Source of the DNA: a virus
Taxonomy: Duplodnaviria; Caudoviricetes
IMG/VR virus record: IMGVR_UViG_3300014656_000073
Location: 1-36,350 of that record
DNA length: 36,350 nt
Strand: one strand, 5' to 3'
Numbering within the stretch: the first letter of the stretch is position 1; the number at the start of each line of letters is the position of its first letter. The notes under the pieces were generated by a model, which was not told the origin of the DNA, searched no databases, and saw only the letters and a program-made list of their open reading frames with translations. The position numbers and the translations under genes are program-made. This document shows positions 19,569 to 26,970 of the stretch, piece after piece.

Positions 19569-20090
19569 CCCGCAACTAATTTCTTGCGCTGATCTGCGCG
19601 TTTTCAGTTTGTTGCACTCAAACTTCCCCGTCATCACAAATATTTCCAAACATAAACCGACCCCTTTGCATAGTTTACAACCATGTGCTAAGTAAAATTT
19701 CCGGTATGCTTTTTTACGATGTGCCTTGTTTGCATCGGATGACCAGGCGGGGGGGCCAATTCTTTTTGGTTCGTATCTCTCTCTAATTTCCGCTTTATAT
19801 AGTCTTTGGTGTTCTTTGCAGCATGTGTTTTGTGTTGATGCTGTCTTTGGTCTGGTAAACAGCTTTCCGCACGCCCTGTATTTGCAAACAACTTTTTTTG
19901 GTGGCTGTAAGGCAGCGTAGGCGTGCTTAACACACCACTTGCACATTATGTCATTGCCTGGGTCGGTTTTGGTTTTATGGAGTGGCGTTACTGCAAAAAC
20001 ACAACACCATGAAGTTTCTTTGCCGTCATCGTGCTGTTTTATTATGTGAGTTACTTTGCCCCTTGTTTCTGTTCGGTAGTATTTCGGCAT
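19563..20090 (-). CDS. Cys-rich hypothetical protein (175 aa)
   Basis: Multiple CxxC/CC clusters. Confidence 0.6.
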   Translation of the reverse strand: MPKYYRTETRGKVTHIIKQHDDGKETSWCCVFAVTPLHKTKTDPGNDIMCKWCVKHAYAALQPPKKVVCKYRACGKLFTRPKTASTQNTCCKEHQRLYKAEIRERYEPKRIGPPAWSSDANKAHRKKAYRKFYLAHGCKLCKGVGLCLEIFVMTGKFECNKLKTRRSAQEISCGV

Positions 20091-20542
20091 TACATACCTC
20101 TTTGGCTAAGTCTGGCTTTGGCATAGTCCTCTTTGGTTGGTCGTGGCATACTCTTGAAGGTTCGTGTTTCGAGTTTTCTTATAAAAGCGGTCACCATTTC
20201 TTTTGTTATTTTGTCAGGAACAGGATCAAGATTTGCATTTACCTTGTGGAGCCGGTCTGTAACTATGCCTATTTTTATTCTCCGGTTTGCATCAAGGCCA
20301 CAAATGTAATAGCCGTTGTCTCGCAGTCCTTTGTATAATTCTGCAATCCACACTCGCTGATCTTCTGATATTTTACTAACCGCCCGTTCATGCTCCTCTG
20401 TTGTGTTGCACTTCCAGATTTTTTCAATGTGCGTCTTGAGCAAGCTGGCGTAAGACCCGACAATATCTTGGGGATTTACGGTTGTTTTAACAAAAGGCGG
20501 CTCTTTTAGATCATCAACAATGTTAAAGTCTGCATCTTTCAT
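20090..20542 (-). CDS. Hypothetical protein (150 aa)
   Basis: ATG immediately after attC-like site B, whose spacer GGAGA supplies the RBS. Confidence 0.6.
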   Translation of the reverse strand: MKDADFNIVDDLKEPPFVKTTVNPQDIVGSYASLLKTHIEKIWKCNTTEEHERAVSKISEDQRVWIAELYKGLRDNGYYICGLDANRRIKIGIVTDRLHKVNANLDPVPDKITKEMVTAFIRKLETRTFKSMPRPTKEDYAKARLSQRGM

Positions 20543-20591
20543 TTTTAACTCTCCGCTGAACCAGACGTAGCTGGTTAGCTAGTTGTTATCT
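20543..20591 (-). mobile_element. attC-like site B (49 bp, copy 1)
   Basis: AGATAAC AACTA GCTAACCAG ctacgt CTGGTT(C)AGC GGAGA GTTAAAA; 46 bp identical to 23178-23223. Confidence 0.8.
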
Positions 20592-20909
20592 ACACCCATG
20601 GCACGTCGAACACTGCCTACATGCTATTTTGAATGGTATTTTGAGGGATGCAAACATAAAATTCATAGCTTTTTCTTGCTCAATAATCGGTTTTTGGTAC
20701 ACTTTTCTTTCCACTACAACTCCGGACGATAGAAAGAATCCCCCCGTTGGGCACGGTTCTTTAAATCTAAAATAGATAAGCATCTTATTCGGACCATGTC
20801 CAGTAGCGTACTCCCTATCTATTATATGCCTACCGTTTTGATGCTGCACCCCTCTACAATGTTGTTTTTTGCCATGGTCGAACCAATGAAAGCACTTTAA
20901 TATTTTCAT
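20586..20909 (-). CDS. Hypothetical protein (107 aa)
   Basis: Stop codon lies in the TAAC box of site B. Confidence 0.55.
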   Translation of the reverse strand: MKILKCFHWFDHGKKQHCRGVQHQNGRHIIDREYATGHGPNKMLIYFRFKEPCPTGGFFLSSGVVVERKVYQKPIIEQEKAMNFMFASLKIPFKIACRQCSTCHGCR

Positions 20910-21019
20910 TTTCCACTCCAGGAGCAGTTAGTACACCACGCTGCTCCAACGTCATTTATTAATAATGGGTGGCCACAAATAGGGCATTTTTCCTTTTTTA
21001 ATACTGATTCGTGTGACAT
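20906..21019 (-). CDS. Small Zn-ribbon protein (37 aa, MSHESVLKKEKCPICG...)
   Basis: CPIC...CTNC; ATG just after attC-like site N. Confidence 0.45.
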   Translation of the reverse strand: MSHESVLKKEKCPICGHPLLINDVGAAWCTNCSWSGK

Positions 21020-21022
21020 AAT

Positions 21023-21110
21023 AGATAACCAAGTTTTCAACCAGACCGCGAGAACGGTTCCGGTTTTTATAGCCGCTATGGTGGCGCGGCAGGTTAAAAC
21101 GGCGTTAGCT
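21023..21110 (-). mobile_element. attC-like site N (88 bp)
   Basis: On +: AGATAAC CAAGT TTT(C)AACC AG(A)CCGCG ... CGCGG CA GGTTAAA ACGGC GTTAGCT. Confidence 0.8.
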
Positions 21111-21111
21111 G

Positions 21112-21255
21112 TCACCAGTTCGGGCCTTTCCAGGAAGTTAAAAACCAGAAGCCGAACAGTGCGAAAAAACACAATGCGACAATGCCAAAACTCCCAAGTA
21201 TCCACAAAAGCCACTTTCCAGTGACAACAGCCCATATCGGTATCGTTATTTCCAT
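21112..21255 (-). CDS. Small membrane protein (47 aa, MEITIPIWAVV...)
   Basis: Not in the track; AGGTG RBS, one long hydrophobic helix, stops right at site N. Confidence 0.55.
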   Translation of the reverse strand: MEITIPIWAVVTGKWLLWILGSFGIVALCFFALFGFWFLTSWKGPNW

Positions 21256-21262
21256 GGTGCAC

Positions 21263-21475
21263 CTAAAAAAGTTTTTGTTGTTTGTTCGGTATAGCCAGTT
21301 TACATTTTTCGAGGATATCTATCTCTGATCTGAGATGTGCAATCATCACCAGGTTTGCTCCATTGCTCCGTTCCCTAGCAAGTTCAAGACAAGTTTGCCT
21401 GATCAAACCATCAAGGTTGTCTTCAGTCAGGATGGTGCATCCACCAGAATGGTAAAATTTATCGCCGATTCTCAT
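21263..21475 (-). CDS. Hypothetical protein (70 aa)
   Basis: Track ORF with GGGGGAAG RBS. Confidence 0.55.
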   Translation of the reverse strand: MRIGDKFYHSGGCTILTEDNLDGLIRQTCLELARERSNGANLVMIAHLRSEIDILEKCKLAIPNKQQKLF

Positions 21476-21476
21476 G

Positions 21477-21749
21477 TCACTTCCCCCTGTCGTTATGAAT
21501 TACAAGTTTCCGACCAGCAACATATTGAACAGAAGGGCAACACCAGCATGTATCAGAATCCATGTGAGCAAGTGGCGAATCACAGACATTGCAACAGACA
21601 GAATATATAGCAGTAAGAACACCTGGGCCGATGTCGTCTATTTTGTCTTTAACTCCTTCTGGCAAAACACTATCTAGCCATGACTCAAATGCCGAATATT
21701 CATCCCACGGAGAGGGATATTCTTTGTTCGTTTCAATCCAAGGTCTCAT
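21477..21749 (-). CDS. Hypothetical protein (90 aa)
   Basis: ATG just after attC-like site C. Confidence 0.55.
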   Translation of the reverse strand: MRPWIETNKEYPSPWDEYSAFESWLDSVLPEGVKDKIDDIGPGVLTAIYSVCCNVCDSPLAHMDSDTCWCCPSVQYVAGRKLVIHNDRGK

Positions 21750-21752
21750 ATC

Positions 21753-21840
21753 AGCTAACCAGTCGTTTCAGGGGAAGCCGTGATCCCCTCGGTTTTATCT
21801 GCAAAGTTCAGGGCGGCTCCCCTGAACTCAATCGTTAGCC
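21753..21840 (-). mobile_element. attC-like site C (88 bp)
   Basis: On +: AGCTAAC-5nt-GTT(T)CAGGGGA(A)GCCG ... CGGCTCCCCTGAAC-6nt-GTTAGCC, the canonical R''-L''...L'-R' spacing. Confidence 0.85.
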
Positions 21841-21841
21841 T

Positions 21842-22129
21842 TCAAGCAGGCATCTCGTTGAACGCTGAACATTCCTCATGTTCTCTTGGGTCGTATTCTT
21901 CCCAATCGCTGCACTCTTTATCTTTTGCCGGCACTCTGTTGTCGATAGGTATTGTGTGGTTTCTCCAATAAAGTTTCGGGACTGTTTTCCCTACTTTATC
22001 GGCATTCAACTCTTGCGAAGACGGGTGCATACAAGCAAGTTCTTCAATGGTGAAAATTTTGGTAGGATCTCCAGTCCTGTAAATTGCCGACCTTACATGG
22101 CATGTTCTTTTTGCTGTTTCGTAATCCAT
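21842..22129 (-). CDS. Hypothetical protein (95 aa, cassette cargo)
   Basis: GAGG RBS; bounded by GTTAGCCTT / AAGGCTAAC. Confidence 0.65.
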   Translation of the reverse strand: MDYETAKRTCHVRSAIYRTGDPTKIFTIEELACMHPSSQELNADKVGKTVPKLYWRNHTIPIDNRVPAKDKECSDWEEYDPREHEECSAFNEMPA

Positions 22130-22142
22130 AATTACCTCAAAA

Positions 22143-22231
22143 GGCTAACCAAACGCTTGAGTGGAAGCGAAGAGGTTAGCGGTTTTTTGTATTTATTTCG
22201 GTGGTGCGCTGGTCACCAACGGCCGTTAAAT
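22143..22231 (-). mobile_element. attC-like site D (89 bp, degenerate/chimeric arms)
   Basis: ATTTAAC (stop of the rep gene)...GTTAGCC; arms pair poorly; interior resembles site Q. Confidence 0.55.
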
Positions 22232-22825
22232 TTTTCCTTCTCTTTGAAGTCGCTCGTACTCTACCTGAAATGCGTCTGGCTCTTCTTGCTTGGTTTGTTC
22301 ACCACCATTTTTTCTTTCCCATGAAAGAATAGTTGCATAATGACTTTTGTATTTTTTCCCATTACTTGCTATGTAAAGTGAAAGTGCATGGATTTTATCG
22401 TCAAGCGTTGAATTAAATTGCTGTTTAAGTTTTTCATATTCTTCTAAAGATAAAAAAACATTCTGGAATTCACCGTAGGTATCTTTCTCTGCTTTTGTCT
22501 CTGCTTTTGTCTCTGCTTTTGGTGGGTCATGGTGACGCCGTGGTGGCGTCATGTTGGCGTCAAGGAAGCCTATGTCTATGAATTTATTAAGATTTGGCTT
22601 TGTTGACATGAAGCAAAGTTTCATTAAAAGGTCTGGGTCGGCAGGAATTTCACCATTTTTATCAGCAGCAAGAAGCCATAAACTTACAAGCTGGCCCCTT
22701 TCTTTATCTGACAACCCAACCCACTTGACGTTCCGCATTATGTTTCTATGTATTTTTATCCAAGGAGGCTGACCACGATCTTTTCTATATGATTGCCAAT
22801 CATCCCAGTTGTGTATCTTTAACAT
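22226..22825 (-). CDS. Phage replication initiator / replisome organizer (199 aa)
   Basis: LKIHNWDDWQSY...PPWIKIHR N-terminal domain, low-complexity repeat linker, C-terminal NVFLSLEEYEKL...KKYKSHYATILSW. Confidence 0.75.
   Translation of the reverse strand: MLKIHNWDDWQSYRKDRGQPPWIKIHRNIMRNVKWVGLSDKERGQLVSLWLLAADKNGEIPADPDLLMKLCFMSTKPNLNKFIDIGFLDANMTPPRRHHDPPKAETKAETKAEKDTYGEFQNVFLSLEEYEKLKQQFNSTLDDKIHALSLYIASNGKKYKSHYATILSWERKNGGEQTKQEEPDAFQVEYERLQREGKI
22486..22562. repeat. Iteron-like repeats inside the replication gene (putative origin)
   Basis: Three tandem TCTCTGCTTTTG (22486-22521), then GGCGTCA/TGACGCC repeats. Confidence 0.5.
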
Positions 22826-22835
22826 TTATAGCACC

Positions 22836-22920
22836 AAAAAAAATGGCTCTAAGCACTGACGACTGATAAGGAAGCTTCCAACTCCCCCGCCCCGAAAGGC
22901 ATCGCCAGTGCTTAGAGCCA
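22836..22920 (-). ncRNA. Structured leader RNA with terminator upstream of the replication gene
   Basis: 19-bp closing stem TGGCTCTAAGCACTGGCGA/TCGTCAGTGCTTAGAGCCA enclosing small hairpins, followed by T8. Confidence 0.6.
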
Positions 22921-22966
22921 CACTGTTTGATCGAACAACTTGGAAGTTTAGTTTTATCATGTAATA

Positions 22967-22995
22967 ACCATATCATTTAATCAATTTGGTGTCAA
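22967..22995 (-). promoter_or_regulatory. Sigma70-type promoter
   Basis: TTGACA-17nt-TATGGT on the minus strand, upstream of the leader RNA. Confidence 0.6.
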
Positions 22996-23158
22996 ATTTT
23001 TTCTTGTAGTTCCTGGGGTTATCAATTATTGTTTTTATTGTTTCACCAAGCAGCCTATCTGGTACAAAAATGGTTCTTTTTAAAGATCCACACCTTCCGC
23101 ACCACTCTATTTTTGTACCAGTAAGCCTTGCCCATTTATGTTTGCAGTATGTCGCCAT
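22973..23158 (-). CDS. Hypothetical protein (61 aa)
   Basis: CKH.W...WCGRCG; G-rich RBS. Confidence 0.55.
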   Translation of the reverse strand: MATYCKHKWARLTGTKIEWCGRCGSLKRTIFVPDRLLGETIKTIIDNPRNYKKKFDTKLIK

Positions 23159-23176
23159 TTCACCCCCCCCTGTTTG

Positions 23177-23225
23177 GTTTAACTCTCCGCTGAACCAGAC
23201 GTAGCTGGTTAGCTAGTTGTTATGC
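23177..23225 (-). mobile_element. attC-like site B2 (49 bp, copy 2 of B)
   Basis: Core identical to 20544-20589. Confidence 0.8.
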
Positions 23226-23480
23226 TTAAAAGCCCATAGCCCTGTCAAAATCGGCAATCGCTCCGGCAGGTGTCTCCGCAAAACCGGCAATGCCTTCTTG
23301 CAAATTTTCACCAAGCAGTACACACCATTGGTCGCCGTCTTTGTACGGCACAAGCCCGTATATAACAGCCCACATTCCCCGGCGTTTTTCAGTTGCTAGG
23401 GCTTGTTCTGCTGCATTAGTAGACATATGGGCGGCATTCCATTGTTCGTTTAATATCCCTTGTTCACTAGCATAACTCAT
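23226..23480 (-). CDS. Phage hypothetical protein (84 aa)
   Basis: KDGDQWCVLLGENLQEGIAGFAETP motif; GGGAGG RBS. Confidence 0.65.
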   Translation of the reverse strand: MSYASEQGILNEQWNAAHMSTNAAEQALATEKRRGMWAVIYGLVPYKDGDQWCVLLGENLQEGIAGFAETPAGAIADFDRAMGF

Positions 23481-23755
23481 AATGATTCCTCCCTAATAGC
23501 TTCAAAATATAGTTGAAAAAGTGCCACCATTGCCTCATCCGTAATCGCAATTTTTGTTTCTTTCACTTCACTAGCGCCGACGAGCATTTTAAATTTTATT
23601 GCCCATGTCCCGTCGTGTAGTTTTGCCAAACATACTCGTCGATTTTTAAGTTTTATCATTTTACCTGAAATAGCATAACAAGCCGCTGCACGTGGAACAC
23701 AAGGGGCGGCGGTTATTGGTCTATCCTCTGTCAGTGTTTCCGGTATTTCAATCAT
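23477..23755 (-). CDS. Hypothetical fusion protein (92 aa); first 26 aa encoded inside site E
   Basis: N-terminus identical to that of 32481-32747. Confidence 0.6.
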   Translation of the reverse strand: MIEIPETLTEDRPITAAPCVPRAAACYAISGKMIKLKNRRVCLAKLHDGTWAIKFKMLVGASEVKETKIAITDEAMVALFQLYFEAIREESL

Positions 23756-23795
23756 GGTTCAGTCTCCCTTGTGTCCAGTGAGCTAATCGTTATGC
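23673..23795 (-). mobile_element. attC-like site E (123 bp) carrying RBS, ATG and a 26-codon leader
   Basis: GCATAAC..GCTCACTGGACACAAGGG...CCCTTGTGT(T)CCA(C)GTG(C)AGC..GTTATGC; near-identical copy at 32441-32563. Confidence 0.85.
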
Positions 23796-23972
23796 GCCGC
23801 CAAACTTCAAGATCGCGACCCAAACAAGCATTGCAATACTGTGAAGCAATCCAAATGTGTCGGCACCAACTGAGTTTTTTACAACGCGTGGATGCTCACA
23901 CAAAAGGAATATCGACCTCAAGATCACACCGAGGCACCCCACCCAGAAAGAAAAAGTAATGTACGTCTCCAT
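23790..23972 (-). CDS. Small 2-TM membrane protein (60 aa, cassette cargo)
   Basis: GGAGG RBS before METYIT; stop lies in the TAAC of site E. Confidence 0.6.
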   Translation of the reverse strand: METYITFSFWVGCLGVILRSIFLLCEHPRVVKNSVGADTFGLLHSIAMLVWVAILKFGGA

Positions 23973-23987
23973 TTGCACCTCCTTACG

Positions 23988-24116
23988 GCATAACAAGGTT
24001 TTTCAAGGCCGGCTGGGTTGAAGCTCCGCTGTTCGATTCGGCTATCTCGGCTTTTCGTTTTTCAGATGTTTTCATGTCTTTTCTCCCCTTGGGTCAAGTG
24101 ACCTCAATCGTTATGA
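23988..24116 (-). mobile_element. attC-like site F (129 bp, non-matching arms) containing a 30-aa ORF at 23983-24075
   Basis: TCATAAC GATTGA GGTCACT...GGAG-ATG...CCTTGAAA AACCTT GTTATGC. Confidence 0.6.
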
Positions 24117-24120
24117 TTCT

Positions 24121-24309
24121 CTACCAATGTATATGGTCAAGGCTTCCTGTTCCCTCACTTCCTGCATTGCTTTCGTGCCTCTTCATATTTGATCTGTGGC
24201 ATCTTGGCACTCCTTTTTCAGTCCCATATTTTGTTGTTCGGCATTGCTCACAAATAAAAACAACCTTTGTCAAGTCCTCACCAGTTCTTTCTTTCCTGTT
24301 CAAGTCCAT
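24121..24309 (-). CDS. Hypothetical protein (62 aa)
   Basis: GGGAG RBS; CxxC. Confidence 0.5.
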   Translation of the reverse strand: MDLNRKERTGEDLTKVVFICEQCRTTKYGTEKGVPRCHRSNMKRHESNAGSEGTGSLDHIHW

Positions 24310-24312
24310 TTG

Positions 24313-24594
24313 CTACTCCCATTCTTGAATTTTTCCGCATTGCCAGCACATAATGTTATGGCTTATGCCACTTATTGTAAAAAGGTGGCACCCGCATTTA
24401 CATTCCCAATAAACTTCAGGCACTACCCCATATTTTAAGACACCCTTCATGGTTTTACATTCAGGGCATTCTAGTTCTTCAAAAACCTCAACCTCCGTCA
24501 CCGCCACCCACTCGTGCTTACACGCCGCACATATCGCCTGTCCGGTCAAGTGCGGGTGGTTTTTTTCGTTCTCCATTGGTATTATTGTACCCAT
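24313..24594 (-). CDS. Zn-ribbon hypothetical protein (93 aa)
   Basis: CAACKHEW...LECPEC...WECKCG...CWQCG; AAGGAG RBS. Confidence 0.65.
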   Translation of the reverse strand: MGTIIPMENEKNHPHLTGQAICAACKHEWVAVTEVEVFEELECPECKTMKGVLKYGVVPEVYWECKCGCHLFTISGISHNIMCWQCGKIQEWE

Positions 24595-24614
24595 AGCAAC
24601 TCCTTAAAAAAATA

Positions 24615-24667
24615 TCATAACAAAACATTCCAGCGGACAGCTTTGCCGCCTGAATTTAGCGTTATCT
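24615..24667 (-). mobile_element. attC-like site G (53 bp)
   Basis: On +: TCATAAC AAAAC ATT(C)CAGCGG(A)CA gctt TGCCGC-C-TGAAT TTAGC GTTATCT. Confidence 0.8.
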
Positions 24668-24889
24668 GCCATAGTAAATTAGTCTTTTAGCGTGGTGTAA
24701 AGCAAGCCTACAATGTCTTGCAACTTCTGCCCTATCTTCTCTACTAATGTCAAGGCTTCCAATAGGGTATTCAGCTCTTTTAATTTCACCCTCAAGCCAC
24801 TCTTTAAATGCCGTGGCAGATAACCCGTCAATTAAGCGGGATTCGCTAGGCAATAGTTCCGGCTCTATGTTGTGCGTTTTTTCGGTCAT
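24662..24889 (-). CDS. Hypothetical protein (75 aa) containing an internal attC half-site (about 24814-24850)
   Basis: PSESRLIDGLSA encoded by CCTAGCGAATCCCGCTTAATTGACGGGTTATCTGCCA. Confidence 0.55.
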   Translation of the reverse strand: MTEKTHNIEPELLPSESRLIDGLSATAFKEWLEGEIKRAEYPIGSLDISREDRAEVARHCRLALHHAKRLIYYGR

Positions 24890-24890
24890 T

Positions 24891-25124
24891 TTATTTCACC
24901 TTTTTATTTCCATGTTTTAAACCGTGGCAACATACACACAACGTGATAAGGTTTTCGGCTGTATCTGAGCCACCATGGCTCTTGAATTCTATGTGGTGTA
25001 TTTCTAAGTTGTATGGGGATTTACATTCTTGACAGTGCTTATCTCTCTCAAAAACCATTTGTAAAAGTTTCTGTAGCCTCTTCCCCTTCAGGCGTATTGG
25101 CTTTACCTTCCAGATAGGTTCCAT
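24891..25124 (-). CDS. HNH endonuclease (77 aa)
   Basis: VFERDKHCQEC...LEIHHI...GGSDTAENLITLCVCCH. Confidence 0.85.
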   Translation of the reverse strand: MEPIWKVKPIRLKGKRLQKLLQMVFERDKHCQECKSPYNLEIHHIEFKSHGGSDTAENLITLCVCCHGLKHGNKKVK

Positions 25125-25394
25125 TTATTTTTCTTTTTCCATTTCTTCTAAAATCCGGTCGTATTGCTCTTGCATAGCAGGAAGCTCAAAGGACAACGCA
25201 CCATAAATAGCAAGAAACGATCTTTTGTCATCGTAGTTATCAAGCCAACAAAGATGACCTTTACACCAAAAATCACCCATTCCGGCAAACAACCAACTAA
25301 AGGAATTAATCTTTTCTTTTAGTCGTTTCGCCTCTGCCTCTAGGTCTCTTCTGCACTCTTTTGCACTACCAACGATCATGTTTCTGTCGTACAT
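25125..25394 (-). CDS. Hypothetical protein (89 aa)
   Basis: GGAG RBS; coupled in the operon. Confidence 0.55.
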   Translation of the reverse strand: MYDRNMIVGSAKECRRDLEAEAKRLKEKINSFSWLFAGMGDFWCKGHLCWLDNYDDKRSFLAIYGALSFELPAMQEQYDRILEEMEKEK

Positions 25395-25395
25395 C

Positions 25396-25881
25396 TCACT
25401 CCCTCCCTAAAATGTTTTTATCTTCTGGCCTTGTAAGTGTAACCCCTGCCATTGTTGCATCTTGGTCTATCTCGGTTAGATATTCTCTCATCTGGTCAAC
25501 GTTTGCGTCTGTTATGCTCGTTAAGCGTGTTACTTCTTGTTTTAAGGCGTTGTATTCTGTTTCCATACCTTCTCTTGTCCTAACTTTCTTTATCGCGTCA
25601 CACATGGCAGCGTAGGTGGCTTTATCTCGGTAAAAAATACGGGTTAGGAATTTACCCTTATAATTTGTGTGCATGTCCTCTTTGGTTTCGCCACGGTCGT
25701 TTGCTATTTCTGTCAACCACAACCAATATAATCTCCTCTGGCGGCTTGATAGAGATTCCTTGTGAAGCTGGATTATTACCTCATGCACTTCATCGTATGG
25801 AAGATGCTGGATTATATGCAGGGCATTGTCTTTCTGCTTATCGCCAAGTATTGTTATTGTTTTTTGCATGCTTTTAAACAT
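25396..25881 (-). CDS. ninB: NinB/Orf-family recombination accessory protein (161 aa)
   Basis: S.RQRRLYWLWLTEIA...H...K..FL...SIT.......M.EYL..I...A...GV.L pattern. Confidence 0.7.
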   Translation of the reverse strand: MFKSMQKTITILGDKQKDNALHIIQHLPYDEVHEVIIQLHKESLSSRQRRLYWLWLTEIANDRGETKEDMHTNYKGKFLTRIFYRDKATYAAMCDAIKKVRTREGMETEYNALKQEVTRLTSITDANVDQMREYLTEIDQDATMAGVTLTRPEDKNILGRE

Positions 25882-25916
25882 ATCCTTTAGCCTTGCAAGG
25901 GCGGTAGATTCTTATG

Positions 25917-26219
25917 TTATGCGTAGTCGCAAAGGCGTGTCTCGCCATAGCCACCCGTGTGTAGTTCTCGGTAGTCAACATCCTTAACGAAACCTTTCGT
26001 AACAAGCCAAGGCATGTATTCTATGTTTTCGTTTTTGTAATCTCTTTCCACCACTCCGTTTTTAATGCTCCGCCCTGTCTCACTACACCAAACATTAAGC
26101 TGTTCTATTGCGTCAAAATCGTTCAGAACTTCAAACAACCCATTTACACAGTAGTCGCTATACTCACCAGTAGACACAGTAACCAATTCACCTTTTTTAA
26201 ATCCGCTTATTTCATCCAT
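25917..26219 (-). CDS. Hypothetical protein (100 aa, cassette cargo)
   Basis: AGGAG RBS; STGEYSDY motif; bounded by GTTATGCG / CGCATAAC. Confidence 0.65.
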   Translation of the reverse strand: MDEISGFKKGELVTVSTGEYSDYCVNGLFEVLNDFDAIEQLNVWCSETGRSIKNGVVERDYKNENIEYMPWLVTKGFVKDVDYRELHTGGYGETRLCDYA

Positions 26220-26245
26220 GTTAGTCTCCTCTTATATTTGTAATC

Positions 26246-26329
26246 GCATAACAAAACGCTCAACTTGACGCGAACACCTGCTATCCATCAAACAAAACCT
26301 AGGCGCGCAAGTTAGCTCCCACGTTACAC
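26246..26329 (-). mobile_element. attC-like site J (84 bp)
   Basis: On +: GCATAAC-5nt-GCT(C)AACTTG(A)CGCG ... CGCGCAAGTTAGC-6nt-GTTACAC; canonical geometry and extrahelical bases. Confidence 0.85.
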
Positions 26330-26530
26330 CCTCCACACCTCAACAGTGTCACCATATTCCCTCGTCGTTACCTCGATGTTGTTTAGTCGTGCAAATCGGT
26401 AAGCACATCGTTTTATAGAGGCCCGCTTTTTCTTCATGCGTGACCTGAAAACAGCAGGATCATAGCTATCAAGCAAACCTGAAAAATCATATTTCTTTGA
26501 TCTGCCACTTCCTTTTTTTGGTATTCCCAT
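26324..26530 (-). CDS. Small basic putative DNA-binding protein, first gene of the leftward early arm (68 aa)
   Basis: AAGGAG upstream; very basic; KKYDFS...VEVWRV. Confidence 0.5.
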   Translation of the reverse strand: MGIPKKGSGRSKKYDFSGLLDSYDPAVFRSRMKKKRASIKRCAYRFARLNNIEVTTREYGDTVEVWRV

Positions 26531-26556
26531 AATAAAATTTTTCTCCTTTACAGTTC

Positions 26557-26655
26557 AATATAATTGATTTACAAATAAAGTCAAACAAAAAAAGATTTAT
26601 TGTTAAAAATAAAAGTGAAAATAAACTTGACAAGATAAACCGAATGTTCTAACGT
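26557..26655. promoter_or_regulatory. Divergent sigma70-like promoters of the early arms
   Basis: Minus: TTGACT(26584-26579)-16nt-TATATT. Plus: TTGACA(26627-26632)-17nt-TAACGT. AT-rich intergenic region where gene orientation switches. Confidence 0.55.
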
Positions 26656-26744
26656 GAAATCTAAAGGTATTGCTTTTGCTTATTAATTTAATAATCAGAG
26701 GGTGCCGAAATGTAACAGCCGGAGAAAGACCGGCAGAATAATTG

Positions 26745-26935
26745 GGGGCTGTGGCGGAATTGCATACGCTGCCCTGACTGCACTTGAGGTGAATTGGTCG
26801 GGCTTGTCGGTGATAACACCGGCTGTTAATCCTCTTTCTTGTTAGTGAGTCCAAAGGGTAATGACAAGGCTTACCACACTAATATTGAAACGATTAATGG
26901 GTTTTCCATTGCGGGTTCGAGTCCTGCCAGCCCCA
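26745..26935 (+). ncRNA. tRNA-like RNA (class II/Leu-like frame) with a large insert in place of the anticodon arm
   Basis: Acceptor GGGGCTG/CAGCCCC-A, D arm GCG-GAATTGCATA-CGC, variable arm ATGG/CCAT, T arm GCGGG-TTCGAGT-CCTGC; 191 nt; no assignable anticodon. Confidence 0.7.
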
Positions 26936-26970
26936 AACATTGAATGGACAAAGAGACTAACAGGGGGGAA

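Noticed and set aside
20906-21262. Track ORF of 118 aa spanning site N
   Set aside because: Better explained as two genes, a 47-aa membrane protein (21112-21255, different frame, with RBS) and a 37-aa Zn ribbon (20906-21019), separated by the attC-like site. A read-through fusion cannot be fully excluded.
23469-23476. Extra GTTATGCT box at the start of ORF 23226-23480
   Set aside because: No adjoining hairpin arm; probably a chance match within ATG AGT TAT GCT.
26745-26935. Standard tRNA, tmRNA or group I intron-containing tRNA
   Set aside because: No 7-nt anticodon loop in position, no G3-U70 pair or tag ORF, and the insert is too short and lacks a recognisable group I core.
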